This document shows, piece after piece, positions 40,501-52,700 of a stretch of 64,000 bases of DNA. The position numbers were made by a program, and so were the translations under genes. How positions within the stretch are numbered: position 1 is the stretch's first letter; each line of letters begins with the position of its first letter. The notes beneath the pieces are model-generated. The model was not told where the DNA came from. It ran no database searches and saw only the letters and a list, made by a program, of their open reading frames with translations. The DNA is from Bugula neritina (Eukaryota; Animalia; Bryozoa): positions 16,048,722 through 16,112,721 of the forward strand of contig OZ037766.1 of the NCBI GenBank assembly GCA_964035545.1, given 5' to 3'.

Positions 40501-43500
40501 TTGTGTATTTCAGCAGTGCCGTGCACCTAAATAACCCCACCAACTCTTTCCACGTTCAACTCCTATGGTTACTCAGCGCTATGGAGGCTTCCTGTTAGAC
40601 TAAGTTGCATATCAAGTAATTCTGGCACATAGGGACTGAGGCTAGAGTTGTAAAGCAGTGGTAGAAGTGTGCCAAGCTTATACCTACCAGAGACAGTTAT
40701 TATTTTGTATGTTGTACAATCTAAGAGGCAACTGGGTTATGGAAACAACTTTGTGCTTGTGTTTTAACTCACCAGAGACTTTTTTTCAAGGTACTGCTAG
40801 GTTACCTTTGAAAATTCAACTTGACAATTAATGCTAGTTAGCTATCAGTTTTACCGTTTCAACGGCCATGTTTGGTTCTCAACTGGTCATTTTAAATTCT
40901 ATGCTGTCCAGTTGCTAAGTGCCTACAAGTCAATTTGTAAATATATTAATTTATATGACCCAACACCAGTCATTTATAGTGGTTTCAATATTGCTTGCTT
41001 GTCTGTTCTCTTTCTGCTGACTAGATTGCATTAAAAGCCACTTCTCTTTTATTCTCAATCTTGAGAATTAGCCCATAGGTGTGTATTGTCTGTAAGTTTT
41101 GACCGTTGAATGGGAAATCTTGTTTTATGCCATGATCAGCCAGAGCTTGGTGGTTGTTAGACATTCACTAGACAACCTCAGTTATATAACAATGCCACGT
41201 TTGATTTTGAAAACCTTTCAAATTCATTTCAATTGCTAATAGTAATATTCTGCTCTATTATAAACTTTTCAACAGCTTGGTGCTAAGCAATTTTTCATGT
41301 ATTTTGCCATTAGAAAAATTATTGAATTTTTATATCTATTTTAAATTTATCAAAAGTAGTTTTTAATACAGTACAAACAGGTTTCTTTGTTAATTCTACT
41401 GCTGTGTAGCAAGTATGTTGTTCGGACAGTGTGGTTTTGTTAGATTTATGTTCTCTACGTTTTTGTTTTTGGTAGAAATCTTTATAACACGTGACTCAAT
41501 TTTCTGGCCATTCGGTTATAAACGACTTTTTTGCCAGTCTGTTATCGCTAAAAATGTAACCAAATGGTTATGAAATTACTAACTTTTGCCAGACGGTTAT
41601 AGCTTCTCAGTAGAGCGCTATGTGCGCGACCACCTATTGGTTGAAAATTGTATTGTATTGAGTGCTTGAGCCTTGAGGTTTATATTTCGGCGCGGCCCAG
41701 TAAGCTAGTCGAATATACGCTCTTGGCTTCGCTCAAAGACGGTAGTTTTGTATTGCTACAATCATACGGGTATAAATAATCGTTGGTTCGCTTATTTAGG
41801 ACGCTCCCTCATATCGCAGCTGCTATTCAAAGTTAAACATAATTATAAAGATTATTAATGTGTAAATGCAAGAGCTAATGTCAATTAATTTGCCATGCTT
41901 TCTTATCCTATATTTCCCTCCTCCATTTCAAATATTGAAATACTAAGCATTAGCTTTCTCCCTACTTGATTTAAAATCTTTTGTTTGTTTGAAATGATTT
42001 CAACAGTTACATTGTAAAGGCTAATGCAAGGCCGATTTGACTTAAATTATTTCACTCCAAATTATTTAATCGGTTACCACCAAAGTTGCTATGAAATTCG
42101 GTTTAGACAATTTTAGCTAAAGGCCAACGCTAGAATCTTAATGTTTTGGAGCTCTATAGAGCCTCTACCTTCTATAGCTTAATATTTAAGGCCTTTTCCT
42201 GACTGAAATGAATAATATAACAAGTAGAGCTTTTGAAAAAGCATTTTAACGAGCCTTATTGCATTGAGATGTTTTTTAAAATTTTGTGGAAGTTCTTGAG
42301 TGAGGTAAATGCAGTATAGGGAGGAATTCAGGAAAGCCTGTATTCTGGGAAGGGAAAGTAACAAAAGGAACTACATTGTATGTAGCTATAATTCATCAAT
42401 GGGGGAATTGGTAGGCTATAGAAGTTGATGCGACAAAATATCTTTGGTGGACTTTTTAGATTTGGGTTTCAATAAAGGCAGTTTTTAGAAAGTGTACTTT
42501 TATCATTTTCTGACAGTTGCTGCGATTACCTAATGTGCTTCATAAATACACTGGAAAGTCTCCCACGTTGTGTGCTCCGTCTTTTCAGTTATGACAATTC
42601 CAATTCTTTTACTTTATTGATAACTTATATTATGTTTCTTCTTTATAGTCAACATTTACTGTCTTCCCTTACATCAATTATTCAAATAAAACATTGCATT
42701 CAGTTCCTACATTCACATTTTGAGAATTTTTCTGAAGCATTAGGGGAGTTGTCTTTTCTTTCTATAGCTTTCTGCACCTAACTATTCCTGATTGTCAGTA
42801 AAGTCCATCATATCTTCCTGTTATTATAGGTATAAGCCCGCTTTTCACCATAACATTTATAGACCTAAAATATATAGCTTTGTTTATGAATAGTGACCAT
42901 CATGTGATGCTCAGCATCAGTATTAATTTCCCACCATAAATAGTGTAATTTTACAATATTGAGTAATTGCCTACGAGAAATTTTCAGTTTTTTTTCAATA
43001 AAATTGCTGGAAGTAGAGCATTTCACACTGAGAGCTGAATAGAAATGTATAATTGTTGTTTATGGCAGTTTTTCTTTGTTCTCTCTGATATAAAGCGTTG
43101 GGTGTTGTGTATTCAGTGATAGAGGATTGACTACCAGTAATTTATTATCATCAACTGCATTGTATTGATGGTCTGAAGGAGCTAACTACAAAAGAGGCCG
43201 GAAGCAGGTTATACATTCAGTAGTTTCAAGATGCTCTATGTATGGCTTATCAACCTCTGAATAATTAGTATTTAATGGTTGATGGTGTCGAAATTATAAA
43301 TGAACATAACTAAAGGTATCTAAGAAGTATAATTTTACCCATGACTCACCTTTAACAAACACATATCAAAATGCCTCATAATGTTCAATCATAAAAAGTT
43401 GAATATTCAACAGCCATCATAAATTTGATGTTTACAATAATCAAAGAGAAAAGTTGTTTTAAACAAGTCAAAACTTGGTACTATAAGCTAGCAAGTACGG

Positions 43501-45644
43501 AGGATTGTATCTGGCACAAGGCTACACCCTCTTGCCAGTAAAACGAAGTACACGTGGCAAGTTTCACCACTTTCCCAGTGCTTGGGTGGAATTCTTCTGC
43601 TAGATGTTGACATGGGATAAAAATTCCTAGTCAGCAAGGCACCATACTGCAGCAAATATAGCTTCTCAAAATATAACAAATACAAAATAAAATGGCTTAT
43701 TGTAAGGCTGTCGTGGAATGTTTTACTTTTCCTGATAATCTATTTCTTATACACAGAAGAGGCAAAGGTGGCATCGTCAAAATAATATTTGCATTTCTAC
43801 ATATTATTCTAGCTAGGTAGACCAGCATAGCTGTGTTTCTCTACTATATATCCTTTATGGGCTGTTTGAAGATACACCCATTAGTTGTCTGGTATAGTTT
43901 GCAGCATTACCAGCACTAAGACTATGTTGACACTGAGGCTATTTTTAGTACAAAAAGCTAAAAACTGAATCTTGGGTTATGTGTTTAATATAATAGTCTA
44001 TAGTTTGTTACATCTTAAGCCACCAACTAGAAGATTCCTGTTTATGGAAAGAAACTTTTCTTTATAGCAAACAAAATATACATTTTTTACAATTATATAT
44101 TAAAATATTCTAATTTCTAGAGCAACATATATACACCTATTCCATTAGCATATTCTATATGACATGTGATGATGTATACAAATTCTTTTTGTGTGGCATT
44201 GAATGTAAAATGCATAGTTGAATTTTCTGTATAGAAATAAGGGCAAATATTTTGGAACATTTACTTTTACAGCTTTTGTGTTGTGTTTTAGTGATGAGTG
44301 CAAGAAACAGACCAGAGTATTTTGCTGATAAGTTGTACAAGTCCATGAAGGGTGCCGGCACAAACGACTCCACACTGATTAGAATTGTCGTGTCAAGATC
44401 TGAGGTTAGCTTGTACAGCATGCATTAGCATTTTGTTATACTGCTATTCATATGACGGCAAGAAATTATTAGGCATATCCCTATAAGTGCAAACAATGTA
44501 GTTGCAGTGTAGTGTTACTCAAAGTATCTAAACAGGAATTGCATTGGTTAGCAAGAATTCTAATTATTGGGTGGATGGAATAAGGTACTAGCCAGACCAA
44601 GTCAGTCTGTTTAAACAAGAAGTTGTCTTCTCCCTACATCTCTGCGAATTGAACTTTTGTAGTCAAGTATGATTGCGATTATAATTTATTGATATTTCAG
44701 TAACCTGATGCCTGTGCATAGTTTAAGTGTGTAACATATGTCTGTTTGAAATGGGTTTTGTTTGGTGGATCTACAGCTAAGATAATAGAACTGTGACAGT
44801 TTATAAAAGTGCTCTGCTTAAACAACTTTGTGTAGCTTATGAAAGCATAATTGTGTGAGAAATGTAGAGTCTAACGGGTATGAAAGCTAAACCTCCAATA
44901 GTACATGTCTCTCTAACTAATACAAGCATCATGGTGGATGTGGGATATATTATTAGTACTACTCTTAATACATATAAAACAGCTGTTGCATGTTGTTGTG
45001 GCAACTTATTCAGCTGACAAACATGTAATGAAGCCCACAATGTATTTATTTATCACTCAGACTCTGGGGCATATTATGCTTTCATTGTATATAGATTATA
45101 TGTCAAACTTCTAGAGGCTTTATCAGCATTGAAATGATTCATGAGCTTAATTACCATTTGTATCACACATTATTTGTGGGGCTCTCCTGGATAATTGCAT
45201 CTTTAGATCTGTCTGATGGAGTTTGATTAGCTTTATGCATCATAACTCAAAAGCTAATTTGGGGACACAACTCCAAAAGAGTTTGAGCTCTCTTAGAAAA
45301 TGTCACTTATTTTCAGCTTGATGTAACATGATAATGACTGACATGCTATGCGATGTTATTGTAGTATACTACAAGCACCTGCTGTCAGTAATCACAATAG
45401 CAATCACATGATTCAGTTGGCGGAAATAACATTCTCGATGCCCTATTCAAATGTTTTGTCAACTAATGCCAACCCATAAGATAATATTAAATTAAACTTA
45501 TGCTATGATCTGTAGATTGACTTGAAGCAAATCAAGGCTGTATTCTTTGACAAATATAAGAAGACTTTGGCCAAGTTTATAGAGCAAGATACAAGTGGAG
45601 ATTATAAAAAAATGCTTGTTGGAATTGTGGGATACGATTGGTAA
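16546..45644 (+). CDS. Annexin (A7/A11-like, invertebrate annexin B type), long isoform ~658 aa; exons 16546-16638, 17055-17132, 18579-18768, 20065-20130, 22436-22624, 24321-24628, 24845-24986, 25306-25400, 27953-28066, 28234-28324, 29608-29687, 32311-32523, 40411-40486, 44292-44404, 45516-45644
   Basis: Phase-consistent 1977-nt ORF. A G/P/Y/Q-rich N-terminus is followed by four annexin repeats with endonexin motifs and acidic cap residues: [49 protein letters not shown]. It ends [14 protein letters not shown]. The exact start codon is less certain than the core. Confidence 0.92.
21304..21446 (+). CDS. Alternative terminal exon of the annexin locus (short, core-less isoform ~189 aa)
   Basis: Phase-1 acceptor (TGTAG). 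Reads [47 protein letters not shown] with a 30-bp tandem repeat x3. No strong phase-compatible donor; followed by T-rich UTR-like sequence with AATAAA at ~21605 and ~21704. Confidence 0.72.
21927..22191. mobile_element. MITE (PIF/Harbinger-like TIR)
   Basis: Imperfect ~27-bp TIR: TAGCTGGCACACACAAAGTCTATTTCA vs the reverse complement of TGAGATAGGCCTTGTATGTGCCAGCTA. Confidence 0.72.
24385..24575 (+). repeat. Coding minisatellite (27/30-bp units) encoding PPPQGGYQQ(Q) x~6 in the annexin N-terminus
   Basis: Repeated CCACCCCCTCAAGGCGG(C/T)TACCAACAACAG. Confidence 0.9.
29993..30172 (+). mobile_element. tRNA-derived SINE family, copy 2
   Basis: The head has A-box-like TGTTGAGTGGTTAGA and B-box-like GGTTCTAGTCC. 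The body matches the copy at 9316-9502. Confidence 0.72.
36407..37803 (-). CDS. Uncharacterised nested antisense gene, 142-aa protein with signal peptide and C-terminal hydrophobic anchor; exons 37803-37740 and 36771-36407
   Basis: ATG at 37803, perfect GTAAGT donor, TTTTAG acceptor and matching phase 1. Protein: [26 protein letters not shown]|[12 protein letters not shown]...NNETS...LNNST...[28 protein letters not shown]. Minus-strand AATAAA at 36161-36156. Confidence 0.72.
37900..38060 (-). promoter_or_regulatory. Probable promoter of the nested gene
   Basis: CpG-containing patch with TATA-like TATATTAA (~37955-37948, minus strand), E-box CACGTG (37984-37989) and GC box CCGCCC (~38031), directly upstream of the nested ATG. 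Confidence 0.45.
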
Positions 45645-46060
45645 ATCTTTGAAATGATACTAGAAGAAGCAAATATTAGTAATAATACTTCCACAAAGTT
45701 GTGAAACCATTGTTTTTGTGTTAAAGCCAGTTTTTTACTCATTAAAGTTGTTAATTTTGGTATTTGCTTTATTCTTCTGCCTACTAAAACGTAAGTTAAA
45801 TATGTAACAGTGGTGTTTATTTTAATTCTACGCACAATTATTTTGTAGTTTTATAGTAATATAATTATATTGATTTTTTGTGAGTTTTCTTTTCTTTATA
45901 TTTCTGTAACTATTAATAATGTAGTTTCTATGTTGACTTTGGGTTCTGGGAATTTTTCATGGAAATAAATTTTCAAACTATGCTAGTCAAATTTTGTGAT
46001 AAAGTTGTTTTGATGTCGTATAGAAAACAGTGTGGAACTTTTCCATGTATTTCAATCACG

Positions 46061-46085
46061 AATAAATCACATGAATTGGTTTATT
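46061..46085. terminator. Opposed poly(A) signals of annexin (+, 46061-46066) and collagen IV (-, 46085-46080)
   Basis: Both hexamers are present at the point where the T-rich annexin 3' UTR switches to A-rich (minus-strand T-rich) sequence. Confidence 0.5.
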
Positions 46086-46714
46086 ATCACAATTGTTAAT
46101 AGTAATAGTATCAACATAATAGAAACATGTCTACTGACTACAATTCACAGATAAATATAGTCTAGTGTTTGAATAACTCAGTTTGTGTAAATATTAGGTA
46201 ACCCTTACATCTCCTTACATTATAAATGATTGATAAGGATCCTTGGTCTAAATAGTATCTAGCACCATATTTCTTGCAGTGCCCATAACTCCAATAAGCT
46301 TATTCACACATAATCATTTTAAAACTAAATACAAACATGAGCAAAATTTAAAATAACCCCTTTCAAATCTAAATTCTTAGATAAGTATCAATTATTTCAA
46401 TGATGTTTTCATTATTAAGATACTTACACATAATATTAAGATAATTTAACAGGGCAATTTGTGGTGACTGTAAAAAAATTTTTCATATAAATAAATTACC
46501 AAACACACTCAATAAAATAACAGTAATGCAAAGACTAATTATATTTGAAAATTTTATTACTTGATATACTACATTTCTAATGAAATTTATATATATTAGT
46601 TGCTTGGCGCTTTGTTTTGCAAAAGCACTGTCGATATTTTATAAAATATTTTTAACAACACATCTTTCTTTTAGCAATTCTACTCTCTATTTATTGTACT
46701 TTGAAGTTGTCCCC

Positions 46715-49700
46715 TCACGGTAATGGCATATCTAGCTGACAAACATTACATCTACTTATTTTCTCTTTCCACGTGTCCCCTTTCAACACTTGACTCTGAC
46801 TTCGAGGATCCCAGTCTAAATCTTCCGACGCAATCAACCAAAAGCTGAACTTGTCTGAATAATAGTGACAAGTTCCGTGACTCCCACATTCGATATACGG
46901 GTGGGCTTGGAACCGCTCCAAACAGGATCCTGGGCTCATCAACTGCTGACCACCACCACCTCCACCACCTATGTGCTGATAGTAGAACAGACAGACGATC
47001 TTAAGAAGTATAAATAATATATGTACATATGTGAACAGCTGCTAATGTAGAAATTCAGTTTCTGAACAAGTAATTGCCCACATAGTTTTACCTCAGTAAA
47101 TACGTTATAATGAAAACTGCTGTCCTGGTTTTACAGTAAAACTTATCAAATGGGGCACTGGTCAAAAGAATTTATACTGCTTCACCAACATTGTTTAGCT
47201 AAAGAGTTTTCTTCAACAAATAGCTGAGAAATGACTAACCATAAGAAAAGAGAATCCAGTCCAGATGGAGTTCCAGCCAACAGGGCATAGAGGAGTATTT
47301 AGAGTTTGACTGTGGGTAGCAATCACCATTGATGGTACTTGGCATACAGAACATCTTGATATGTATGGATAAACCTGGAGTATATTACATAACATAAAGC
47401 TCAATAGCCCACAAGTTGTCACATGACCTGCATACATCAGCCATTAAATGAAAGCTAACCTCCATTGTAAAAAAATTAATTCACTAAAGAAAAACTGACT
47501 AAAAAGTTAGGTGGTTTTGGGCTGAGCATTGTTACCTAGAGGCACTCAACTTTTGCAAAATATTTTAATAGAAGGATGTAATATACATAGCAGAATTACA
47601 TAATACAATGTTCTATTAATAGCAGCAGTTTTTATATGCTGCATACTCACATCTCTACCAGAAACAGGCATCATGGTGACATCTAGACTTGTTGACAGCC
47701 AGTAACTGTTTCCTGTTCGACTAGCATACGTACATTTACCATTTATATTACAAAACATAAAAGGCATTGGATTAAATTCCTTCAAACAGCTGCTAGCAGT
47801 GCCTAAAATATTAACATAACAAATATAATATAATATATAAAATTAATAAATCTACAGATTATGATAAAATTTTCTAGAACCACTTTTTATGAGCACAGGG
47901 CAAAGCGCCATGGCTCACATATATTATGATTTTAATTTAAGATAAATTAAACTGATAGTGATAACCCATGCAAATGCAAGTTTACCCAAAGTTTCAATGA
48001 GCATGACAAACCTAGATCCTGAGCACTTGTTCGGCCATCATCTTCAGTATGGAGGAGACTGTATCCATCCCACAGTTTCACTGACCCTTGAGGACATGAG
48101 GGTATTCGGTCTGATTGGCTGTGTCTGGCAATAATATACGCTGATGGACCAGGCAAGCCAGCCATTCCGATCATCCCCTTCTCACCTGTTGGCCCAGGTA
48201 ACCCAATGCCTTCTGAAAATAATTATTATATCTTTTTGTCATACATTCATATTAATTCATATATTAAATGAGTCAGATTGCATGAAAATGTTTCCAAATA
48301 TGAAGCTAGACACAGCAGTTCAATGATCAATCAAAAAGGAGGTGATATTTTATTGAATTTTAAAAATGTGACTCAAGAGTTACCTTCTCCTTTTTCTCCA
48401 GTTTCACCTTTAGCTCCCCTAGAACCAGGCAGCCCATCCAATCCTGGAAATCCAGGTATACCAGTCATTCCCTTCTCACCCTTATGACCGTCTAAACCTG
48501 GTAAACCTATTAATCCAGGATATCCAATCTCCCCCTTTGATCCTCTATCTCCAAGCATTCCTTTTTCTCCTTGATCACCAGGAACGCCATTGAATCCTAA
48601 ATAATTAACGGAATTGCAAATCAGTATTGTAATTTTGTTCATCAATGTAGAAATTTATACATTAAGACATTACACAAAGTTAAGTTTCTTTGCAGAATTC
48701 TCCACCAATGCACTTTTGAAACTCATTTTTAAAAATATATTTGACTTTTGACAAGGAAAGTTTAATGTATAACAAGTCAGTGCATAAGTTATGATAACTC
48801 TAACAAGCTTTAATTTTCTAACAAGCCAATACTTTGCGGCAAATTAAGAGGACATAGCACATTTTTTGTAGTAGCCACGCACTATAGACTATAAACTGTG
48901 AAGAAGTAAGCAACTAACATCTGAATGGGAGTAATAATTTTATTTACCTGGTGGTCCAAGGTCTCCCTTACTTCCTTTTTGTCCATTGGATCCCGTAGCT
49001 CCGGGCTCACCCTTATCGCCAGGTAATCCAACACCTGGTGCACCAATATCTCCCTTAGAACCATCTGCTCCTGGAGCTCCTGGACTTCCTGGGTTACCAA
49101 TATCTCCTGCAGTGAAACAATCAGTAAATTATTAGATTATGATCCCTTAAATCTTATCATCTTATACTGGGCATATTGGTGATGAGAGTGTATTGGCTGA
49201 TGTAGATGCATGTACCTTTTTCACCATTTGTCCCATCTACTGCTATTCCTGGCTCTCCTTTTGCACCAGTTTCTCCTGGTGCACCTTTCATACCTGGAGC
49301 TCCATCTGAACCAACTTCTCCCTTAAGTCCTACATATAATAGCTTTGAGAATAAGATTACATAGAAAAGTAATACAGCTAATGAGATTATTGAAATACAC
49401 TATGCTCAGCCATTCTGCATAATTAATACTTTATATACAGAAAAACTATATAATAAAACAGTTTTATGATTCGTTCACTTAATGACAGAAACATAAAAAA
49501 TTGTGAGTATAGCGTATAACTAATCAGTTTCCAAAAGCAATGTAATTTGTTCCAGGCTTTCATCCACTCTTGAAAAATGCAAAATGAGAATTTTTCAAAC
49601 AGTTTTACGCAAAGCACAATACTTTCAAGGCACACTACTTACAGCAAGGATAATAGAATCATTTACCCAACTTTATTGTTCATAATTATATTAAAGTCTT

Positions 49701-52700
49701 CAAACATTTAACCCCTGATTTTGAATTCAAAAGGTAATAAAAATGACACACTTTCTTAAGTTGATAATTCATGAATGAAATATTTTGTACCTGATAGCAT
49801 AATGAGATTAAATACTACAATATATCACAACTGAATACTGTTTGCTCCTATAAATAACAAAACTTGATGCAGAGATGTTGCAGCTGTTAAAATATAAACC
49901 CGATATAATGCTCAAAATATCGTTGGAATATTTAAAAATAATTCACCAAATTACAGCTTCTTGTAGTCTATAAAGCTTAGAATAAGCAACTAATACAATA
50001 TACCAAAAACCAATAAATAGAAGGGTCGATGTTTTATCAATTTCATATCTGCAGTACACCAACTGGATGTAATATGAGTGAAAATTTAAGGTCAGTGGAC
50101 CGGTGAATCATTAGTAGTCTCAATGCAAAAAACCGTTGCTTGAAAGTTTGAACTGATTAATAGCTGACTCTGAGGCTAGGCTAGGGTGCAGAAGCCATGG
50201 CTAAATGTCAGTCACAGAGACTAAAAGTGACTGCAAGAGGCTAGCACCTCGAAACTGATCAACGACCACTTTTAATTTATTATTTTTATATTTACCAAGA
50301 AGTCCGGGTTCGCCTTTATCTCCTTTAATTGATTCACCTGGCTCTCCCTTTGTACCATTTTGACCAACAAGTCCTTCTAATAACATAGGTAAAGGTACAT
50401 AAATCTATATATAGTTTCATGAGTTTCTAGTTTCTTGTAAAATGAAAACAAGCAGCATCTATGACTTGCTATATCAGGCTTATACACTACTGCTATTAAT
50501 TAATAAACAAAGGAATGCACCTTCAACTTGAGTCAAGTTTTTAAACAAAACTCTAAGTTAAAAACTTGCACAATGATTGTCCTTACTGATGTTATTTTTG
50601 TGTTCTCAATTCTTGACAAATTCTACTTACTAAAACATATACATGATTTAGAAAAGAATCATATGTCAGCATAAGTTACCAATCAATGAGTGAACGCAGT
50701 TTAATTATAGCTTGCTTCTTTATATCACATTAGGGTATGTATATGGATTTCATGGTTTGAAGCATTTACCTGACCCTGGAGAACCTTGAAGACCTCTTGG
50801 GCCAGGATTGCCGACTTCACCCCTTTCACCCTTAGTTGCAAATCCTGGTACTCCGATATCTCCCCTTTCACCTTTGTCACCTGGAGTAATTGTCAAGAGC
50901 AACAATGGAAGCATATTGTGAGCATAATTATTATTTCTTATCAAAACCACCAGCAAATAAGTTATTCTAGTTAAAAGTTTTTAATACCTTTAAAAAAATG
51001 AGATTTATATGAACAATTGAATAGGATAAAGAAATACATTCGTTAGAAAAATAAACTCTAAGGAATGATGTTTTATAAATGCATTTCGCAAAATTAAATC
51101 AATTTTTAGATGCTATTTCACTTCCCATATTATAAAATATAGTTTTGCAATGTACAACACAACATTTTAGCTAGAACCAGGTGCTGTGATTTCTGATAAA
51201 CAATGTCATAGGTGGCTAATACTAGATGTTTACAACATATTTAGAATCTAACTCCACTTTACCAGGGAATCCCCGCAATCCATCTGCACCAGGTTCCCCC
51301 TTCTCTCCAACACGACCAGCTTTTCCTGGTGTACCGGGCACTCCATGATCTCCTGGCTCTCCTTTTTGACCTTCCACACCAGGTTCTCCATTATTTCCTG
51401 GAGTACCATCATCTCCTGTTTCACCTTTCATACCAGGTTCTCCTTTAAATCCACCAGCTCCAGGAACTCCCTAATCGTATTTTGTAATTATGTTAAATTT
51501 CCTTTTAATAAACATCTCACCTTAAAAGCCATTCTGTATAGAGTTGCAACTCAAAGCGATAATTCTAAAAACTCTGTAAATAGATATTATTGTTACTTGG
51601 AAATTCATTGATGAAAAGGTCACATTTAAAATCACCCGTTTAACCTCTGCATTGCTTTACAAAATGAGTTTTCATATACCCTAGCTCTATGTGCCCGTGC
51701 ATGTGTGTTTGTGTTTATATTTAATAGAAAATGCCACAAAGCAAAGAGCTCAAAATTACATTATAATTATGTGGTGAGAGTGCTAATGGTAAATTCATAT
51801 CTATAAGGAACAGCTGTATCAGAGTTTGTCCCTTCATCTGCACAAATTAACAGAGTTTTATGGCCCACAGCACTTCAAAGTAGAGAAAACTAACTTTTTC
51901 ACTAAAGCATAAAGATGCGTAAACCCAAACCAGAGAGCTCAAGTAACTCTAGGAGTCACGAGCCTTGCATAACGCTTCGCAGCTTGAGTTTACGACCATG
52001 GTTTATCACTATATCACTAGGTTATGGCAATATATATATAACTGTTAAGCTATTATAATAGCTAGCATGCTGAAAAAGAGGAAACATTTCTTACATCTTT
52101 TCCATCAACACCATCTTGGCCATCAATACCAGGCGCTCCTGGGTTACCATCATTTCCTGTCATTCCTTTTTCACCTGGCTCACCTTTAACTCCAGGTATA
52201 CCGTCCTCACCATCTCTCCCTATTCATTATCAGATAAAAACTATATGCATGATCAAATAAATAAAAGTTTGAAATAAAAGTTCCAAGTTAGTAACTAATG
52301 GCAGAAAATGTGCAGTTAATGCAAGAATAACTTATGTGTAAGCAGGGAGCAGTGGTAGTTTAGTGATTAGACCACTAGTGTAGTGCCAAGGTCATAGTTT
52401 CAAACCCCAGCCGGGCAGTTGGTAATGTTGTAATTGCTTTTGTACTCTAAACTAAAGATCTTAAAACTACTATGTTGCCCGCATGACCTTAGTGTATCTG
52501 AAAAACCCATCTTTGTGCAAATCGATTGTTCCCAAAACTTTTCACAGAACTAAATGCTTCAAATAAAAATGAGGCTTTGTAAGCAAATAAAGTAAGTAAA
52601 AATGAAAAAAAAACATCTGATAGGGTGAGCAAAAAAAGAAAACTCATCTACTAAAAACTGGATCAACAACTCCTAACCTGGTTCGCCTGGATTTCCAATT

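Noticed and set aside
41420-41800. CpG-rich patch with short internal repeats (TTTTGCCAG..GTTAT)
   Set aside because: Probably a repeat fragment, but I could not define termini or a TSD.
50855-50870. RGD (ERGDI) inside the collagen helix
   Set aside because: Common by chance in Gly-X-Y sequence and cryptic in the triple helix.
52345-52420. Possible tRNA gene
   Set aside because: Only degenerate A/B boxes and no cloverleaf; better explained as a SINE head.
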